Below, piece by piece: positions 44,210 through 58,929 of a stretch of DNA of 64,000 bases. The notes beneath the pieces are model-generated. The model was not told the origin of the DNA and made no database searches. It saw only the letters and a list, made by a program, of their open reading frames with translations. The stretch is from the human T2T-CHM13v2.0 reference genome, Homo sapiens. The stretch is from the NCBI RefSeq assembly GCF_009914755.1, contig NC_060948.1. One strand, 5' to 3'. Position 1 is the stretch's first letter; each line of letters opens with the position of its first letter. A program made the translations under genes and the position numbers.

Positions 44210-44537
44210 TTTTTTTTTCTTTTTTTTTTTTTTTGTTGTTGTTGTTGTTGAAATGGAGTTTCACTCTTTTTACCCAGGCTAAAGTGCAGTGGTGCGATCT
44301 TGGCTCACCACAACCCCTGCTTCCTGGGTTCAAGTGATTATCTTGCCTCAGCCCCCTAAGTAGCTGGGATTACAGACACCTGTGACCACACCTGGATAAT
44401 TTTTGCATTTTTGGTAGAGATGGTGTTTCACCATGTTGGCCAGGCTGGTCTCGAACTCCTGACGTCAGGTGATCTGCCCACTCACTTTTGGCCTCCCAAA
44501 GTGCTGAGATTGCAGGTGTGAACCACCTCGTTCAGCC
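44210..44537 (-). mobile_element. AluS
   Basis: Reverse Alu with T/TTG tail; tttcct on both flanks. Confidence 0.92.
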
Positions 44538-45009
44538 TTTCCTGTCTATTTTCAAAGAAGGAATTGCTCTGGGGGAAACACCATAAAAGAACAACGATAA
44601 CAAAAAGATTTTCTGTAGAAAATTAAACACTAAGATTGGTGCCCCCCTTATGTGGACAATCACTTGGCAGAATCCTATAGCTTGCCTGTTTATCCATATT
44701 ACAATTAGATTTTGAAGCTCAATAGTAAACATGCAGAAAAATAGCACTAATCTATAAATCATTGCCTTTTCTGCTTTGATATTTTTCACTATTCTCAAGA
44801 GTTGCAAAGAGGATGGTGAATTCCCCCAATGACTCTGATTGAAACTGTGGCTCAGTTTTATATTATTTTAGAAACAGAAGTTGTCGAAAGTTACAAGTGT
44901 ACTCCAAACAAAAGAGTAACATACCTTCTAGTAAACAAAACGCTATTGGAGTTAAGAGGCCATCTTTTGTTTTAATAAAAAAATATAACTCAAAAGAGGA
45001 CCTTTTTGT

Positions 45010-45269
45010 ACTTTGGGAGGCTGAGGTGGGAGGATCATGAGGTCACGAGTTTGAGACCATCCTGGCCAACATGGTGAAACCCCGTGTCTACTAAAATTAC
45101 AAAAAATTAGCTGCACGTAGTGGCACGTGCCTGTAATCCCAGCTACTCCGGAGGCTGAGGCAGGAGAATCGCTTGAACTCAGGAGGTGGAGATTGCAGTG
45201 AGTGGAGATCATGCCATTGCACTACAGCCTGGGCAACAGAGGAAGACTCCATCCGAAAAAAAAAAAAAA
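45010..45269 (+). mobile_element. 5'-truncated AluS (Sc/Sg-like)
   Basis: Begins at actttgggagg; A tail. Confidence 0.9.
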
Positions 45270-45855
45270 TGGGAGCCTTCTTTTTATTATAATTTGCTGA
45301 AAGATTATTGGATGCAATAAAACAAGCCTTCTGCTTTCTGTAATACATGTTTATGTATTTACTCCTATCATGTATTTATTAGAAAAATGGGGAGTATATC
45401 TTACATTTTGCTGAACATATGCAGGTGACAATATTGTTTTATGATTGTTCTTGTTTCAATATGTTACGTAAAAGATTTGCAAATCTTGTACTTATCAGAG
45501 GCTAAATATGGTGTCATCTTCTCAGTGCTATTTTTTTGTGACATGTCTAATTCTAGGAATAAAGAGACTCAATCCCTCTGTAAAGTAGTGAAAAAAATCT
45601 TCACTCATATTGAGCAGTATATTCCAAAGTGATAAAATCATTACTTTAAAAGATTTTATTTACGTTCTGGGATACATGTACAGAACGTACAGTTTTGTTA
45701 CGTAGTTATACAAATGCCGTGGTGGTTTGCCACACCCATCAACCAGTCATCTACATTAGGTATTTCTCCTCATGTTATCCCTCCCTTAGCCCCCCACCCG
45801 TCAACAGGCCCCAGTGTGTGATGCTCCCCTCCCTGTGTTCCTGTGTTCTCCCTGT

Positions 45856-48800
45856 TCAACTTCCACTTATGACTGAGAACATGCGGTGTTTGGTTTTCTC
45901 TTCCTGTGTTAGTTTGCTGAGAATGATGGTTTCCATGTTCATCCATGTCCCTGCAAAGGACATGAACTCTTCCTTTTTTATGGCTGCATAGTATTCCTTG
46001 GTGTATATATGCCACATTTTCTTTATCCAGTCTATCAGTGATAGGCATTTGAATTGGTTCCAAGTCTTTGGTATTGTGAACAGTGCTCCAAGAAACATAC
46101 AGGTGCATTTGTCTTTATAATAGAATACTTTATAATCTTTTGGGTATATACCTAATAATGGGATTGCTGGGTCAAATGGTATTTCTTGTTCTAGATCCTT
46201 GAGTAATTGCCACACTGTCTTTCACCATGATTGAATTAACTTACATTCCCACAAACAGGGTAAAGTTGTTCCTATTTTTCCACATCCTCTCCAGCACCTG
46301 TTGTTTCCTGATTTTTTGATGATTGCTGTTCTAACTGGCATGGCCACATTAATGTCTATTTTTGAGAAATGTCTGTTAATATCCTTCATACAGTTTTTGA
46401 TGACGTTTTGTTTTTTTTCTTCTAAAATTATTTAAGTTCTTTGTAGATTCTGGATATTAGCCCTTTGTCAGATGGATAGATTACTAAAATTTTCTCCTGT
46501 AGGTGGCCTATTCATTCTGATTATAGTTTCTTTTGCTGTGCAGAAGCTATTTAGTTAAATTAGATCCTGTTTGTCAATTCTGCCTTTCTTGTCATTGCTT
46601 TTGGTGTTTTAGTCATGAAGTCCTTGCCCATGTCAATGTCCTGAATAGTATTGCCTAGGCCTTCTTCTAGGGTTGGTCATGGTTTTAGGTCTTACATTTA
46701 AGGCTTTAATCCATCTTGAGTTAATTTTTGTATAAGGTATAAGGAAGGGGAACAGTTTCAGCTTTCTGCATGTGGCTCACCAGTTTTCCCAACACCATTT
46801 ATTAATTAGGGAATCCCTTCCCCATTGCTTGTTTTTGTCAGGTTTGTCAAAGATCAGATGGTTGTAGATGAGTGGTTTTATTTCTGAGGTCTCTGTTCTG
46901 TTCCATTGGTCTATATATCTTTTTTGGTATCAGTACCATACTGTTTTGGTTACTGTAGTCTTGTAGTACAGTTCAAAGTCAGGAAGTGTGATGCCTCCAC
47001 CTTTGTTCTTTTATCTTAGGATTGTCTTGGCTATACAGGCTCTTTTTTCGTTCCATATGAAATTTAAAATAGTTTTTTTCTAATTCTGTGAAGAAAGTCA
47101 ATGGTAGCTTGATGGGGAGAGCATTGAATCTATAAATCACTTTGGACAGTATGGCCATTTTCATGATACTGATTTTTCTTGTCCATAGGATGGAATGTTT
47201 TTTCCATTTGTTTGTGTCCTCTCTTATTTTCCTGAGCAGTGGTTTGTAGTTCTCCTTGAAGATGTCCTTCACAACCCTTGTAAGTTGCATTCCTAGATAT
47301 TTTATTCGGTTTGTAGCAATTGTGAATAGGAGTTCACTCATTATTTGGCTCTCTGCCTATTACTGGTGTATAGGAATGCTTCTGATTTTTGTACATTGAT
47401 TTTGTATCCTGAGAATTTGCTGAATTTCCTTATCAGCTTAAGGAGATTTGGGGCTGCAATGATAGGGTTTTCTAAATATACAACCATGTCACCTGCAAAC
47501 AGAGACTATTTGACTTCCTCTCTACCTATTTGAATACGCTTTATTTCCTTCTCTTGCCTGATTGCCATGGCCAGAACTTCGAATACTATGTTGAACAGGA
47601 GTGGTGAGAGAGGACATCCTTGTGTTGTGTGAGTTTTCAAAGGGAATCTTTCCAGCTTCAGCCTATTCAGTGTTATATTGGCTGTGAGTTCATCATAAAT
47701 AGCTTCTATTATTTTGAGATACATTCCACCAATACCTAGTTTATTGAGAGTTTTTAGCATAAAGCAGTGTTGAATTTTGTCAAAGACCTCTTCTGCATCT
47801 ATTGAGATAATCACGTGGTTTTTTTCATTGGTTCTGTTTACGTGATGGATTACATTTATTGACTTGCATGTATTGAACCAGCCTTGCATCCCAAGGATGA
47901 AGCCAGTTTGATTGTGGTGGGTAAGCTATTTGATGTGCTGTTGGATTCAGTTTGCCAGTATTTTACTGATGATTTTTGCATCTTTATTCACCAGAGATAT
48001 TGGCCTGAAATTTCCTTTTTTTTTTTCTGTGTCTCTACCAGGTTTTGGTATCATAATGATGCTGGTCTCATAAAATGAGTTACGGAAACGTCCTTTTTTT
48101 TTGGGGGGAATATTTTCAGAATGAATGGTACCAGCTCCTGTTTTTGTCTTTGGTAGAATTTGGCTGTTAATTCTTCTGGTCTTAGGGATTTCTTGGTTGG
48201 TAGGCTATTAATTACTCTCTCAATTTCAGAACTTGTTATTGGTCTATTCAGAGATTTGACTTATTCCTGGTTTAAACTTGGGAGAGTGTATGTTTCTAGG
48301 AATTTATCTATTTCTTCCAGATTTTCTAGTTTATTTGCTAGAGGTGTTCTCTGATTTTTTGTAGTGTTCTTTGATGGTAGTTTGGATTTCTGTGGGATCA
48401 GTGGTGATATCACCTTTATCATTTTTTGTTTCATCTATTTGATTCTTCTCTCTATTCTTCATTATTATTCTGGCTAGTGGTATATTTATTTTGTTAATCT
48501 TTTCAAAAAATCACCTCCTGGATTCACTGACATTTTTGAAGGGATTTTCCTATCTCTATCTCCTTCAGTTCTGCTCTGATCTTAGTTGTTTCTTGGCTTC
48601 TGCTAGCTTTTGAATTTGTTTGCTCTTGCTTCTGTAGTTCTTTTAATTGTGATGGTAGGGTGTCAGTTGTAGATCTTTCCCACTTTCTTTGTGGGAAGTT
48701 AGTGTTATAATTTTCCTATAAACACAGCTTTAACTGTTTCCCAGGGATTCAGAAACACTGTGTCTTTGTTCTCACTGATTTCATAGAACTTATTTGTTTC

Positions 48801-49602
48801 TGCCTTAATTTAGTTGTGTGTCAAGTAGTCATTCAAGAGCAGGGTGTTTAGCTTCCATGTAGTTATCTGGTTTTGAGGGTGTTTCTTAGTGCTGAGTTCT
48901 AATTTTATCGCACAGTGGTCTGAGACACTGTTTGCTATGATTTTTGATCTTTTGCATTTACTGAGGAGTGTTTTACTTCCAATTATGTGGTCAATTTTAG
49001 AATAAGTGTGACGCTGCACTGAGGAGAATATATATTCTGTTGATTTGGGGTGGAGAGTTCTGTAGATGTCTATTAGGTCTGCTCAGTCCACAGCTGAGTT
49101 CAAATCCTGAATATCCTTGTTAATTTTCTGTCTCATAGATCTGTCTAATATTGACAATGGGGTATTAAAGTTTCCCAGTATTATTGTATGGGAGTCTAAG
49201 TCTCTTTGTAAGTGTCTAAGAACTTGTATTAAGAATCTGGGTTCTGCTGTATTGTTTGCATGTATATTTAGCATAGTTAGTTCTTCTTGTTCCACTGATC
49301 GCTTTACCATTATTTAATGGCCTTCTATGTCTTCTTTGATCTTTGTTGGTTTAAAGTCTGTTTTATCAGAAACTAGGATTGCAACTCCTGCTTTCTTTTT
49401 GCTTTCCATTTGCTTGGTAAATATTCCTCCATCCCTTTATTTTAAACCTGTGAGTGTCTTTGCATGTGAGATGCATCTCTTGAGTACAGCACACTGAAGG
49501 GTTTTGCTACATCCAATTTGCCAGTCTGTGTCTTTTAATTGCGGAATTTAGCCCATTTACATTTAAGGTTAATATTGTTATGTGTGAATCTGATTCTGCC
49601 AT
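45856..49602 (-). pseudogene. Disrupted L1 ORF2
   Basis: Fragments [24 protein letters not shown] and ..HRMFSVISGS; multiple stops and deletions. Confidence 0.9.
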
Positions 49603-49665
49603 TATGATGTTAGCTGATTGTTTTGTCTGTTAGTTAATGCAGTTTCTTCATAGTGTCAGTGGTCT

Positions 49666-50676
49666 TTACAATTTGGCATGTTTTTGCAGTGGCTGGTATC
49701 AGTATTTTTTTTTTCCATATTTAGTGCTTCCCTTAGGAGCTCTTGTAAGGCAGGAAAGGTGGTGACAAAAACTCTCAGTATTTTCCTGTCTCTACAGGAT
49801 TTCACTTACGTAGCTTAATTTGGCTGGATATAAAATTCTGAGTTGAAAGTTCTTTTCTTTAAGGATGTTGAATATTTGCCCCTACTTTCTTCTGCCTTGT
49901 AGGGTTTCTGCAGAGATATCCACTGTTAGTATAATGGGCTTCCCTTTGTGGGTAACCCAACATTTTTTTGTGGCTGCCCTTAACATTTTTTCCTTTATTT
50001 CAACTTTGGTGAATCTGACGATTATGTGCTTAGGGTTGCTCTTCTTGAGGAGTACCTTTGTGTTGTTCTCTGTATTTTTTGAATTTGAATGTTGGCCTGC
50101 CTTGCTAAGTTGCTAAAGTTGTCCTGGATAATATCTGGAAGAGTGTTGTCTAACTTGGTTCTGTCCTCCCTATCACTTTCAAGTACACCAATCAAATGTA
50201 GGTTTGGTCTTTTCACGTAGTCCCATATTTCTCTGAGGCTTTGTTCCTTTTCATTTTTTTTTTTCCTAATCTTGCCTTCACGTTTTATTTCATTAAGGTG
50301 GTCTTCATTCTCTGATATCCTTTCTTCCACTTGATTGATTCGGCTATTGATATTTGTGTATGCTTCATGAAGTTCTAGTATTGTGTTTTTCAGCTCTATC
50401 GGGTCATTTATGTTCTTCTCTAAACTGGTTACTCTAGTTAGCAATTTCTCTAACAATTTTTCAAGGTTCTTAGCTTCTTGCATTGGGTTAGGATATACTC
50501 CTTTAGCTCAGAGGGGTTTGTTTTTACCCACCTTCTGAAGCCTACTTCTGTTAATTAGTCAAACTCATTCTCTGTCCAGTTTTGTTCCCGTGCTGGCAAG
50601 GAGTTGTGATCCTTTGGAGGAGAAAAGGCCTTCAAGTTTTTGGAATTTTCAGCCATTTTTGCTGATTTTTCCTCAT
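49666..50676 (-). pseudogene. Disrupted L1 ORF1
   Basis: Fragment 50022-50483 ..EQSLREIWDYVKRPNLHLIGV.. Confidence 0.9.
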
Positions 50677-50679
50677 CTT

Positions 50680-52013
50680 ATCTACCTTTGTTCTTTGATT
50701 TTGGTGACCTTTGGATTGGGTTTTGTGTGGTCATTCTTTTTGTTGATGTTAATGCTATTCCTTTCTGTTTGTTAGTTTTCCTTCTATTTGTCAGGCCCCT
50801 CTGCTGCACTTATGCTGGAGTTTGCTGGAGGTCTACCTCAGACCCTGTTTGCTTCGGTATCACCAGTGGAGCCCGCATAACAGCAAAGATTGCTGCTTGT
50901 TTCTTCCTCTGGAAGTTTCGTCACAGAGGGGCACGTGCCAGAGGCCAGCAAGAGCTCTCCTGTATGAAGTGTCTGTTGACCCCTGCTGGGAGGTTTCTCC
51001 CCATCAGGAGGCACGGGGTTCAGGAACCCACTTAAGGCAGTCTGTCCCTTAGAACAGCATGCATCCTATGCTGGGGGATACACTGGTCTCTTCAGAACCA
51101 GCAGGCAGAAATATTTCTGTCTGCTGAAGCTGTGCCAAGAGCTGCCCTTTCTCCCAGGTGCTCTTTCCCAGGGAGAATGTAGTTTTATCCATTAGCCCCT
51201 TACTGGGCCTGCTGCTTTTCTTTCAGAGATGCCCTGCCCAGAAAGGAGAAACCCTAGAGAAGCAGTCTGTCTACAAGGACTTTGCTACTCTGAGGTGGGC
51301 TCCACCCAGTTTGAACTTCTGTCAGCTTTGTTTACACTGTGAGGGGAAAACAACCTACCTAACCCTTAGTAATGGCAGAAGCCCCTCCCTGCACCAAGCT
51401 CAAGTGTCCCAGGTTGATTTCAGACTGCTGTACTGGCTGCAAGAATTTCAAGCTCATGGATCTTAGCTTGCTGGGCTCCATGGGAGTGGAATCTGATGAG
51501 CTAGGCCACTTGGCTCCCTGGCTTCAGCCCCCTTTCCATGGGAGTGAATAGTTCTGTCCCACAGGTGTTCCAGGTGCCACTGGGGTATGGAAAAAAAAAA
51601 AAAAAAAAAACTTCTGCAGTTAGCTCAATATCTGTCCAAATGGCCACCCAGTTTTGTGCTTGAAATTCAGGTTCCTGGTGGTGTAGGCATCTGAGGCAAT
51701 CTCCTGGTATGTGGGTTGTGAAGACTGTGGGAATAGTGTAGTATCTGGGCCAGAATGCACTGTTCCTCACAGCACAGTCCTTCACGACTTCCGTTAGCTA
51801 GGAGAGGGAGTTCCCTGACCCCTTGCACTTCCCAAATGAGGTGATGCTCCACCCTGCTTCTGCTCTTTGGGCTGCACCACCTTTCTAACCAGTCCCAATG
51901 AGACGAGCTGGGTACCTCAGTTGGAAATGCGGAAATTACCCACCTTCTTCATTGATTTCGCTGGGAGCCTCAGACTGGAGCTTTTCCTATTCAGCCATCT
52001 TGCCAGCCACCCC
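50680..52013 (-). promoter_or_regulatory. L1 5'UTR internal promoter relic with YY1 core
   Basis: gccatcttg near 51994-52002 (CAAGATGGC on the reverse strand); CpG-depleted. Confidence 0.55.
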
Positions 52014-53161
52014 TTAATTTCCATATAGAGCATGGTGTATATATATCTATAATTCATGTATATACATGATTTTATGTATTGGAAAATCATGAAATATTAA
52101 TAAAGTCATGTAGCATTAGATAAAGTAACACATTGAAATATAAAAGGCTGTGACTTAATCAAAAGCTAACACAACAGGCAACAATAAATATAAATTAGCT
52201 GTTTTTAATCTATTTAAAGACAGAATATGTCATATTTAAATTAACAAAGAGGAATATATTGCTATAAAATCAACCATGAGCACCACTATAACATAATAGC
52301 ATGAGGACAATGTCAATGTCTATTAACCAAGAAGGTGTTAAATAAACCATGGTTCCTTCACCCAGGGAATCACCAAACAACATTATTTAAAATTCTACAA
52401 TTTAATTTTTAACTATTTTAAATATAATATGAAAAGTTGACTTATTTTATGTATGGGTGTAATTATTAATTAAAACAAAAGTGGTATACTACAAGATCTA
52501 TTCCAATTTACGTAGTAAATACCTGTGATGACACACAGGATGGCAACAAAAAAAATAAAATAAATAAAATAACTTTGAAGAGTAAAAACCATCAACTAAT
52601 TTATCCAGAAGTTTTTGAGGCTGGGGAATGTTGATTTATATTTCTTATATTATTCAGTAGTTATGAGTATTCTTAGACACTTTTTAGAAATAAAGAGCTT
52701 CACTTAGGAAATAAATTTCCCATGAAAAAAATGATTAGAAGATTATATATTTAAAAAGTTATGAATTTTATTAAGGGAAATTGTAAAAAATTTGAAAACA
52801 ATATAATAAGACAGAAATAAGGCTTATGGTATATTAAAGTATGTTATGCTATGCCATATATGAATATATTACATGAATCTTAATCAATTTTGCCCTTCAG
52901 ATATTTTTTTTTCTGCTTACACCAAAATATCCATTTTATCAGAAAACACAAGACTCAGTTATTCCCAAATTCATGATGAAACAAAATGAGAAATATATCT
53001 GGACACCTCTCTAAATATCCAAAAGCTAGACTAATGCTTCTTGTACATAGGGAATCATGACACAATTTTACCCAGAACCAGAGGACATAAATCCATTTGT
53101 GAGAGTAAATTGACTGAGGTTTAATATAGCAATACAAATGGAAATCCCACATGCATTGTTA

Positions 53162-53241
53162 TTAGGTTGGTGCAAAAGTAAATGCGGCTTTTGCCATTTA
53201 AAGTAACAGCAAAAACCGTAATTACTTTTGCACCAGCCTCA
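53162..53241. mobile_element. MADE1 MITE (Hsmar1 derivative)
   Basis: 80-bp palindrome ttaggttggtgcaaaagtaa...ttacttttgcaccagcctca, with TA on the left flank. Confidence 0.92.
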
Positions 53242-53482
53242 CAGTAAACCAGTAATTAAAATACCATAAACTATTAAGTGAAAAGTATACAAAAATTAAG
53301 ACATTTTAACACACAGTGCATTACAGATTAAACAAAATGAGAAATATCTAGGGTCAGGCTAATATTCCATTGAACGTGTTTATGTCTCCAGTTCACTGAA
53401 TTTAACATTGGCAGAATGGTTTGAAATAGCTTTTCTGTCCTGCTTTACTCACAAGTGCAGTCTTGGAAAATTTCACAAATTA

Positions 53483-53835
53483 TCCATTCAATGATTATTT
53501 ACTGAACCCAAATATTACTTTATTGAACAGTGTTCTAGGTGCCTGGGAAATCCCAGTAAACGAAATAAACCAACATCCTTGCTCCCTTCAAATAGCTGTT
53601 CTAGACATTGGAGACAGATGATGAACGCTAGCAATTATGCTAAGAAATGAATAGGCCGTATATTTGAAAAGGACACTGGGTAAGGAAAAGGGCAGGCTGA
53701 ACAAGTCACAGAGGAGTCCTGGGTAAGGGGAGAGATCTACAATGTAAACACAAGGAGAAATTGGGGCAGATGTAAAGGAAATGGAGGTACTGACCAATAA
53801 GGAACTATGAAATGATTCTTCCGGGCAGAGGATGC
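53483..53835 (-). mobile_element. L2 3' end
   Basis: cattcaatgattatttactgaac..gtgttctaggtgcctggga..cagtaaac. Confidence 0.65.
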
Positions 53836-53973
53836 AGACAGGGAGAGATTATTATTACATTAATGGCAGTCATAATAGAAGAAGAAAGCAGTTGCTTACT
53901 GCGTGCCTCCCCTCTTGTGAAGTCACTGAGCTCTTTGAACTACAACATTTTTTCCTATTGATAGTAGTATTAG

Positions 53974-54282
<309 letters not shown>

Positions 54283-55481
54283 AATGTAAATTTTTAATAA
54301 GAAGAATTGTAAAGCAATACTAAGCTAACTATGTTTCATGTATATGATATATGGTTATATAAATGCATAGCTCAAATATTCTTTCAAAACATACAGCATA
54401 TATCTGAAATATACAATTAAATATTATATGCACATTTTTTACTCTTAAATGATTTTTCTTCCCATTATGTTCTTTCATCATTTAGTAATTTCACAAAATT
54501 AAAAAATATCCTGCTCTCATGGTGATTTGGATTAATCCTCTTTTTGGGTTAAACATAAATAAGATGCATATTTATCTTTTACTTGGATATAATAAACTAT
54601 TTTAAAACGTGGAACAGGAAAAAGATTTTTATTACAAAATGTTGTTCTCTAAATATAACATTCATGATAGATACTGATGATTTTGACTGAAATGAAACAT
54701 CAAACTCTGACAGTCACATTAATGTAGAAGTTTATTCTATGCACCCCAAGGAAAGTAATCAGCTTATGTCACTTCATATATTTAAACAGCTACCAGATAC
54801 ATCTCTTTTGTCAAGATGCTGTTATTAACATACTATTTTAACACATCAAGTGATTAATGGAATATACAATTATAAAGTTAGGTCATATTTGAGAATTAGT
54901 TTTAGTTGTATGCATAAAAGAATCATCTCTTATTCCATAGAACAGAAATCCCAGTGTAATAAGGTTTTGCTCTTGATAATGTGGACCCACATGTTATTTG
55001 AACCAAAAATTTTCCTAAAAACAACTTGAAGTTTGAAGAAAAAGATGAACTTTTAAAGTGTTATTATAGTTACAAATATAAGAATCAAGTCTAAGTGAAA
55101 GTTCAAACATGGAGAAATTTTTTTTAAAAAAATAATAAAATTGTAAAACCACTTTCAATACTTTTCATTAAAATAAGTGGCAATTAACTAAAGCTTTGTT
55201 TGCAAGATTAAAATTGGATGTCTGATGCTAGTGGAATGGTATTTTCAATGTGCTCACTTCACTAGGTTGAAGATTATTATATTTTTACAAACAGTTTTTT
55301 TCTCCAAATTCAGTGAATTTATTTTGGATCATAGGCCACTTTAAACTACTCAAGACTCTTTCTTTTAGACATGAAAATACTAAAATCTGTGTTTTTCTGC
55401 AGACAAATAAATTTTAAAAAAGAAAAAATTTCTTTTACATTTTCAAGTGGCCATATGAAATCTAATCAAAGAGGTGATAAA

Positions 55482-56692
55482 TTTTTTTCTTTTTTTTATT
55501 ATACTTTAAGTTCTAGGGTACTTGTGCACAATGCACAGGTTTGTTACATATGTATACATGTGTCATGTTGGTGTGCTGCACCCATTAACTTGTCATTTAC
55601 ATTAGGTATATCTCCTAATGCTATGCTTCCCCCCTCCCCCAACCCCATGACAGGCTCTGGTGTGTGATGTTCCCCTTCCTGTGTCCAAGCGTTCTCACTC
55701 TTCAATTCCCACCTATGAGTGAGAACATGTGGTGTTTGGTTTTTTGTCCTTGCAATAGTTTGCTGTGAATAATGATTTCCAGCATCATCCATGTCCCTAC
55801 AAACGACATGAACTCATCATTTATTTATGCATAGTATTCCATGGTGTATATGTGCCACATTTTCTTAATCCAGTCTATCATTGTTGGACATTTGGGTTGG
55901 TTCCAAGTCTTTGCTATTGTGAATAATGCCACAATAAACATACGTGTGCATGTGTCTTTATAGCAGCATGATTTATAGTCCTTTGGGTATATACCCAGTA
56001 ATGGGATGGCTGGGTCAAATGGTATTTCTAGTTCCAGATCCTTGAGGAATTGCCACACTGTCTTCCACAACGGTTGTACTAATTTACAGTCCCACCAACA
56101 GTGTAAAAGTGTTCCTATCTCTCAACATCCTCTCCAGCACCTGTTGTTTCCTGATTTTTAATGATCGCCATTCTAACTGGTGTGAGATGGTATCTCATTG
56201 TGGTTTTGATTTGCATTTCTCTGATGGCCAGTGATGGTGAGCATTTTTTCATGTGTCTGTTGGCCGCATAAATGTCTTCTTTTGAGAAGTGTCTGTTCAT
56301 ATCCTTTGCCCACTTTTGGATGGGGTTGTTTGTTTTTTTCCTGTAAGTTTGTTTGAGTTCTTTGTAGTTTCTGGATATTAGCCCTTTGTCAGATAAGTAG
56401 ATTGCAAAAATTTTCTCCCATTCTGTAGGTTGCCTGTTCACTCTGATGGTAGTGTGTTTTGCTGTGCAGAAGCTCTTCAGTTTAATTAGTTCCCATTTGT
56501 CAATTTTGGCTTTTGTTGCCATTGCTCTTGGTGTTTCAGACATGAAGTCCTGGCCCATGCCTATGTCGTGAATAGTATTTCCTTGGTTTTCTTCTAGAGT
56601 TTTTATGGTCTTAGGTCTAACATTTAAGTCTTTAATCCTCTCGAATTAATTTTTGTATAAAGTGTAAGGAAAGGATCCAGTTTCAGCTTTCT
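55482..56692 (-). mobile_element. 5'-truncated L1PA4/5-like element, 1.2 kb
   Basis: attatactttaagttctagggtac.. 3'UTR; well-preserved ORF2 C-terminal frames (55825-56558). Confidence 0.92.
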
Positions 56693-56725
56693 CTAAAACA
56701 TCTTTCTTGTTAGACTCTCTTTCTC

Positions 56726-56757
<32 letters not shown>

Positions 56758-56776
56758 TTTGTGAATGTGCGTGTGT
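56726..56776. repeat. (TG)12 plus degenerate TG extension
   Basis: Read directly from the sequence. Confidence 0.9.
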
Positions 56777-57474
56777 TTCTTCATAGCATATTGGAATGCC
56801 AATGAAAGTACTAATTATTTTAGGACACTTTCCAAATGTTCACTCCAGCAAACAAAACAGCAGTGTTTTAATTATTTATTCTCAGCTTCCAGGAACAAAA
56901 AATGTAAGTTCGAGAAATATGTTGCTATAAAGTAAAATATGTTGAAATGGAAAACAAATGACACCCCTTCTGGATATCTACATATATGATCTGCATGGAA
57001 ATTAGCTAAGGTTTAAAAATGTGCATTCTTCTCTAGTTAAAAATAAATTACAATAAAAGGAGTTGGTCAGATGATTTTCCAAAACACACATCAGCTTTTT
57101 TTGAAACTCATACTCAGTAGAGCTTGCTATTGTCCTTGGGGTCGGTCAAGGAACACATGTTCATTCATTCAATACACAGGCTCAGAGAATAGACATTCTT
57201 TTATGATTTAGATACTTTTATTTTAGAAAGTTATATCTTGTCTGAAAAATGTTTATTTTAAAACTGGTTTCATTTTTTCTTTTTCTAAGAAACTGCAATG
57301 ACAATCAAATTGGTTGTGGATGAATTCATATGGGTATGGAAAGGGAAAATTTGAGGTCCTGTGTCCATATTTCAGAGTCAGTTTAAGGATTCTAAATGTG
57401 ATCGTGTCAACCTTCATGTTACAGGAGTTATAAAAGCAAGCTAACCAATTTTCTTTTTTTTTCCTGAGAACTTC

Positions 57475-57650
57475 GAATATATTTATTCATTGTCTTCATT
57501 TTTGTGGGTATATCTACTTATGGGTTATATGAGGTGTTTTGATATAGATCAGCAGTGCATTGTAATCACATCACAGGTAATGAGGTATCCATCCCCTCAA
57601 GCATTTATCTTTTGTGTTACAATCAATTATCCTCTTTTAATTATTTGTAA
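57475..57650 (-). mobile_element. L1MA-like 3' fragment
   Basis: gtaatcacatcac..ggtatccatcccctcaagcatttatc. Confidence 0.65.
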
Positions 57651-58264
57651 AAATATTTAGAAATAAAACAGAAAGCCTATGAATTGCTTCTTCACACTGG
57701 TTCTATTAGCAATACATCTTCTCATTGATTTTTACAAATTTTTCTCTGTTTTACATGTCATTTATGCTTGTCTCCTTACTCAGCCTAAAAATACAAGGTC
57801 CTCCATTAAAATCATTCTTTTGAGCACAGGATTTTCCTCTTTGCCCTTCTCCTCTCCACCTACAGAACTTGCCCAAATAAACCATATATCTTGTTACACC
57901 AGCTATTTGATCAATTTCTGACTGTACTTGAATATTTCAACATTACCAAAATACATACACAAATGTCCAGAACATAAAAAACACACAACCATGAAGATTG
58001 TTCTCACTTTGCAGGCAAGAATAGGCTTATCCAATGGCTTCCCACACTCCATAAGTGCTAATAGTCTTGCTTTAAATTTTTGAATAAATCTAAGTACAAG
58101 AGCAGCTTTGCTACATGGATATATTATGGAATGATACAGTCTGGGCTTTCCATTTAACCATCACTATAATAACGTACATGGTACCTACTAAGCAATTTCT
58201 TACCTCTCTCCCAACTCCAGCCATCCCACCCTTCTGAGCCTCCAATGTCTATTATTCTACTCTA

Positions 58265-58278
58265 TAGAGAGAAGAGAG

Positions 58279-58321
<43 letters not shown>

Positions 58322-58497
58322 GAGAAAGAGAGAGAGAGAAAGAAGGAAAGAAAGAAGGAAAGAAAGAGAGAGAAAGAAGGAAAGAAAAGAGAGAGAAAGG
58401 AAGGAAGGAGGGTGAGAGGGAGGGAGAAAGGGAGGAAGAGAAGGAGGGAAGGAAGGAAGGAAGGAAGGGAGGAAACAAAGAAAGAAAAGAAAGAGAG
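58265..58497. repeat. Purine tract with (GAAA)10, GA, GGGA and GGAA blocks
   Basis: Read directly from the sequence. Confidence 0.95.
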
Positions 58498-58678
58498 ACG
58501 ATGTATTATTTGAGTTTCTGTTTCTGCATTGTTTCACTTAAGATAATGACCTCTAGTTCCAATTCTATCCATGTTACTGCAAAATACACAATCTTATTTT
58601 TTTTACAGCTGAATAGTATTTTATTTTGTATCTTTATGACATTTTTTCCTTCATCCCTTCCTTCTTCCTTCCTTCTTT

Positions 58679-58803
58679 CCTTCCTTCCTTCCTTCCTTCC
58701 TTCCTTCCTTCCTTCCTTCCTTCCTTTCTTCCTTCCTTCCTTCCTTCTTTCCTCCCTCCCTTGCTCCCTCTCTCCCTTCCTCCTTCCCTCCCTCCTTTCT
58801 TTT

Positions 58804-58842
<39 letters not shown>

Positions 58843-58893
58843 ATCTTTCTTTCTTTCTTTCTTTCCTTATTTCTTCCTTCCTTCCTTCCTTTC

Positions 58894-58929
<36 letters not shown>

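Larger units (their letters stand above)
45655..52013 (-). mobile_element. Full-length LINE-1 (L1PA7/8-like), about 6.36 kb, inactive
   Basis: Reverse strand starts ggggtggctggcaagatggctgaatagg. Complete 5'UTR, ORF1, ORF2 and 3'UTR; tail eroded. Confidence 0.95.

Noticed and set aside
45655-52013. Retrotransposition-competent L1
   Set aside because: Both ORFs carry many stops, frameshifts and deletions; the same holds for the copies at 30518 and 60568
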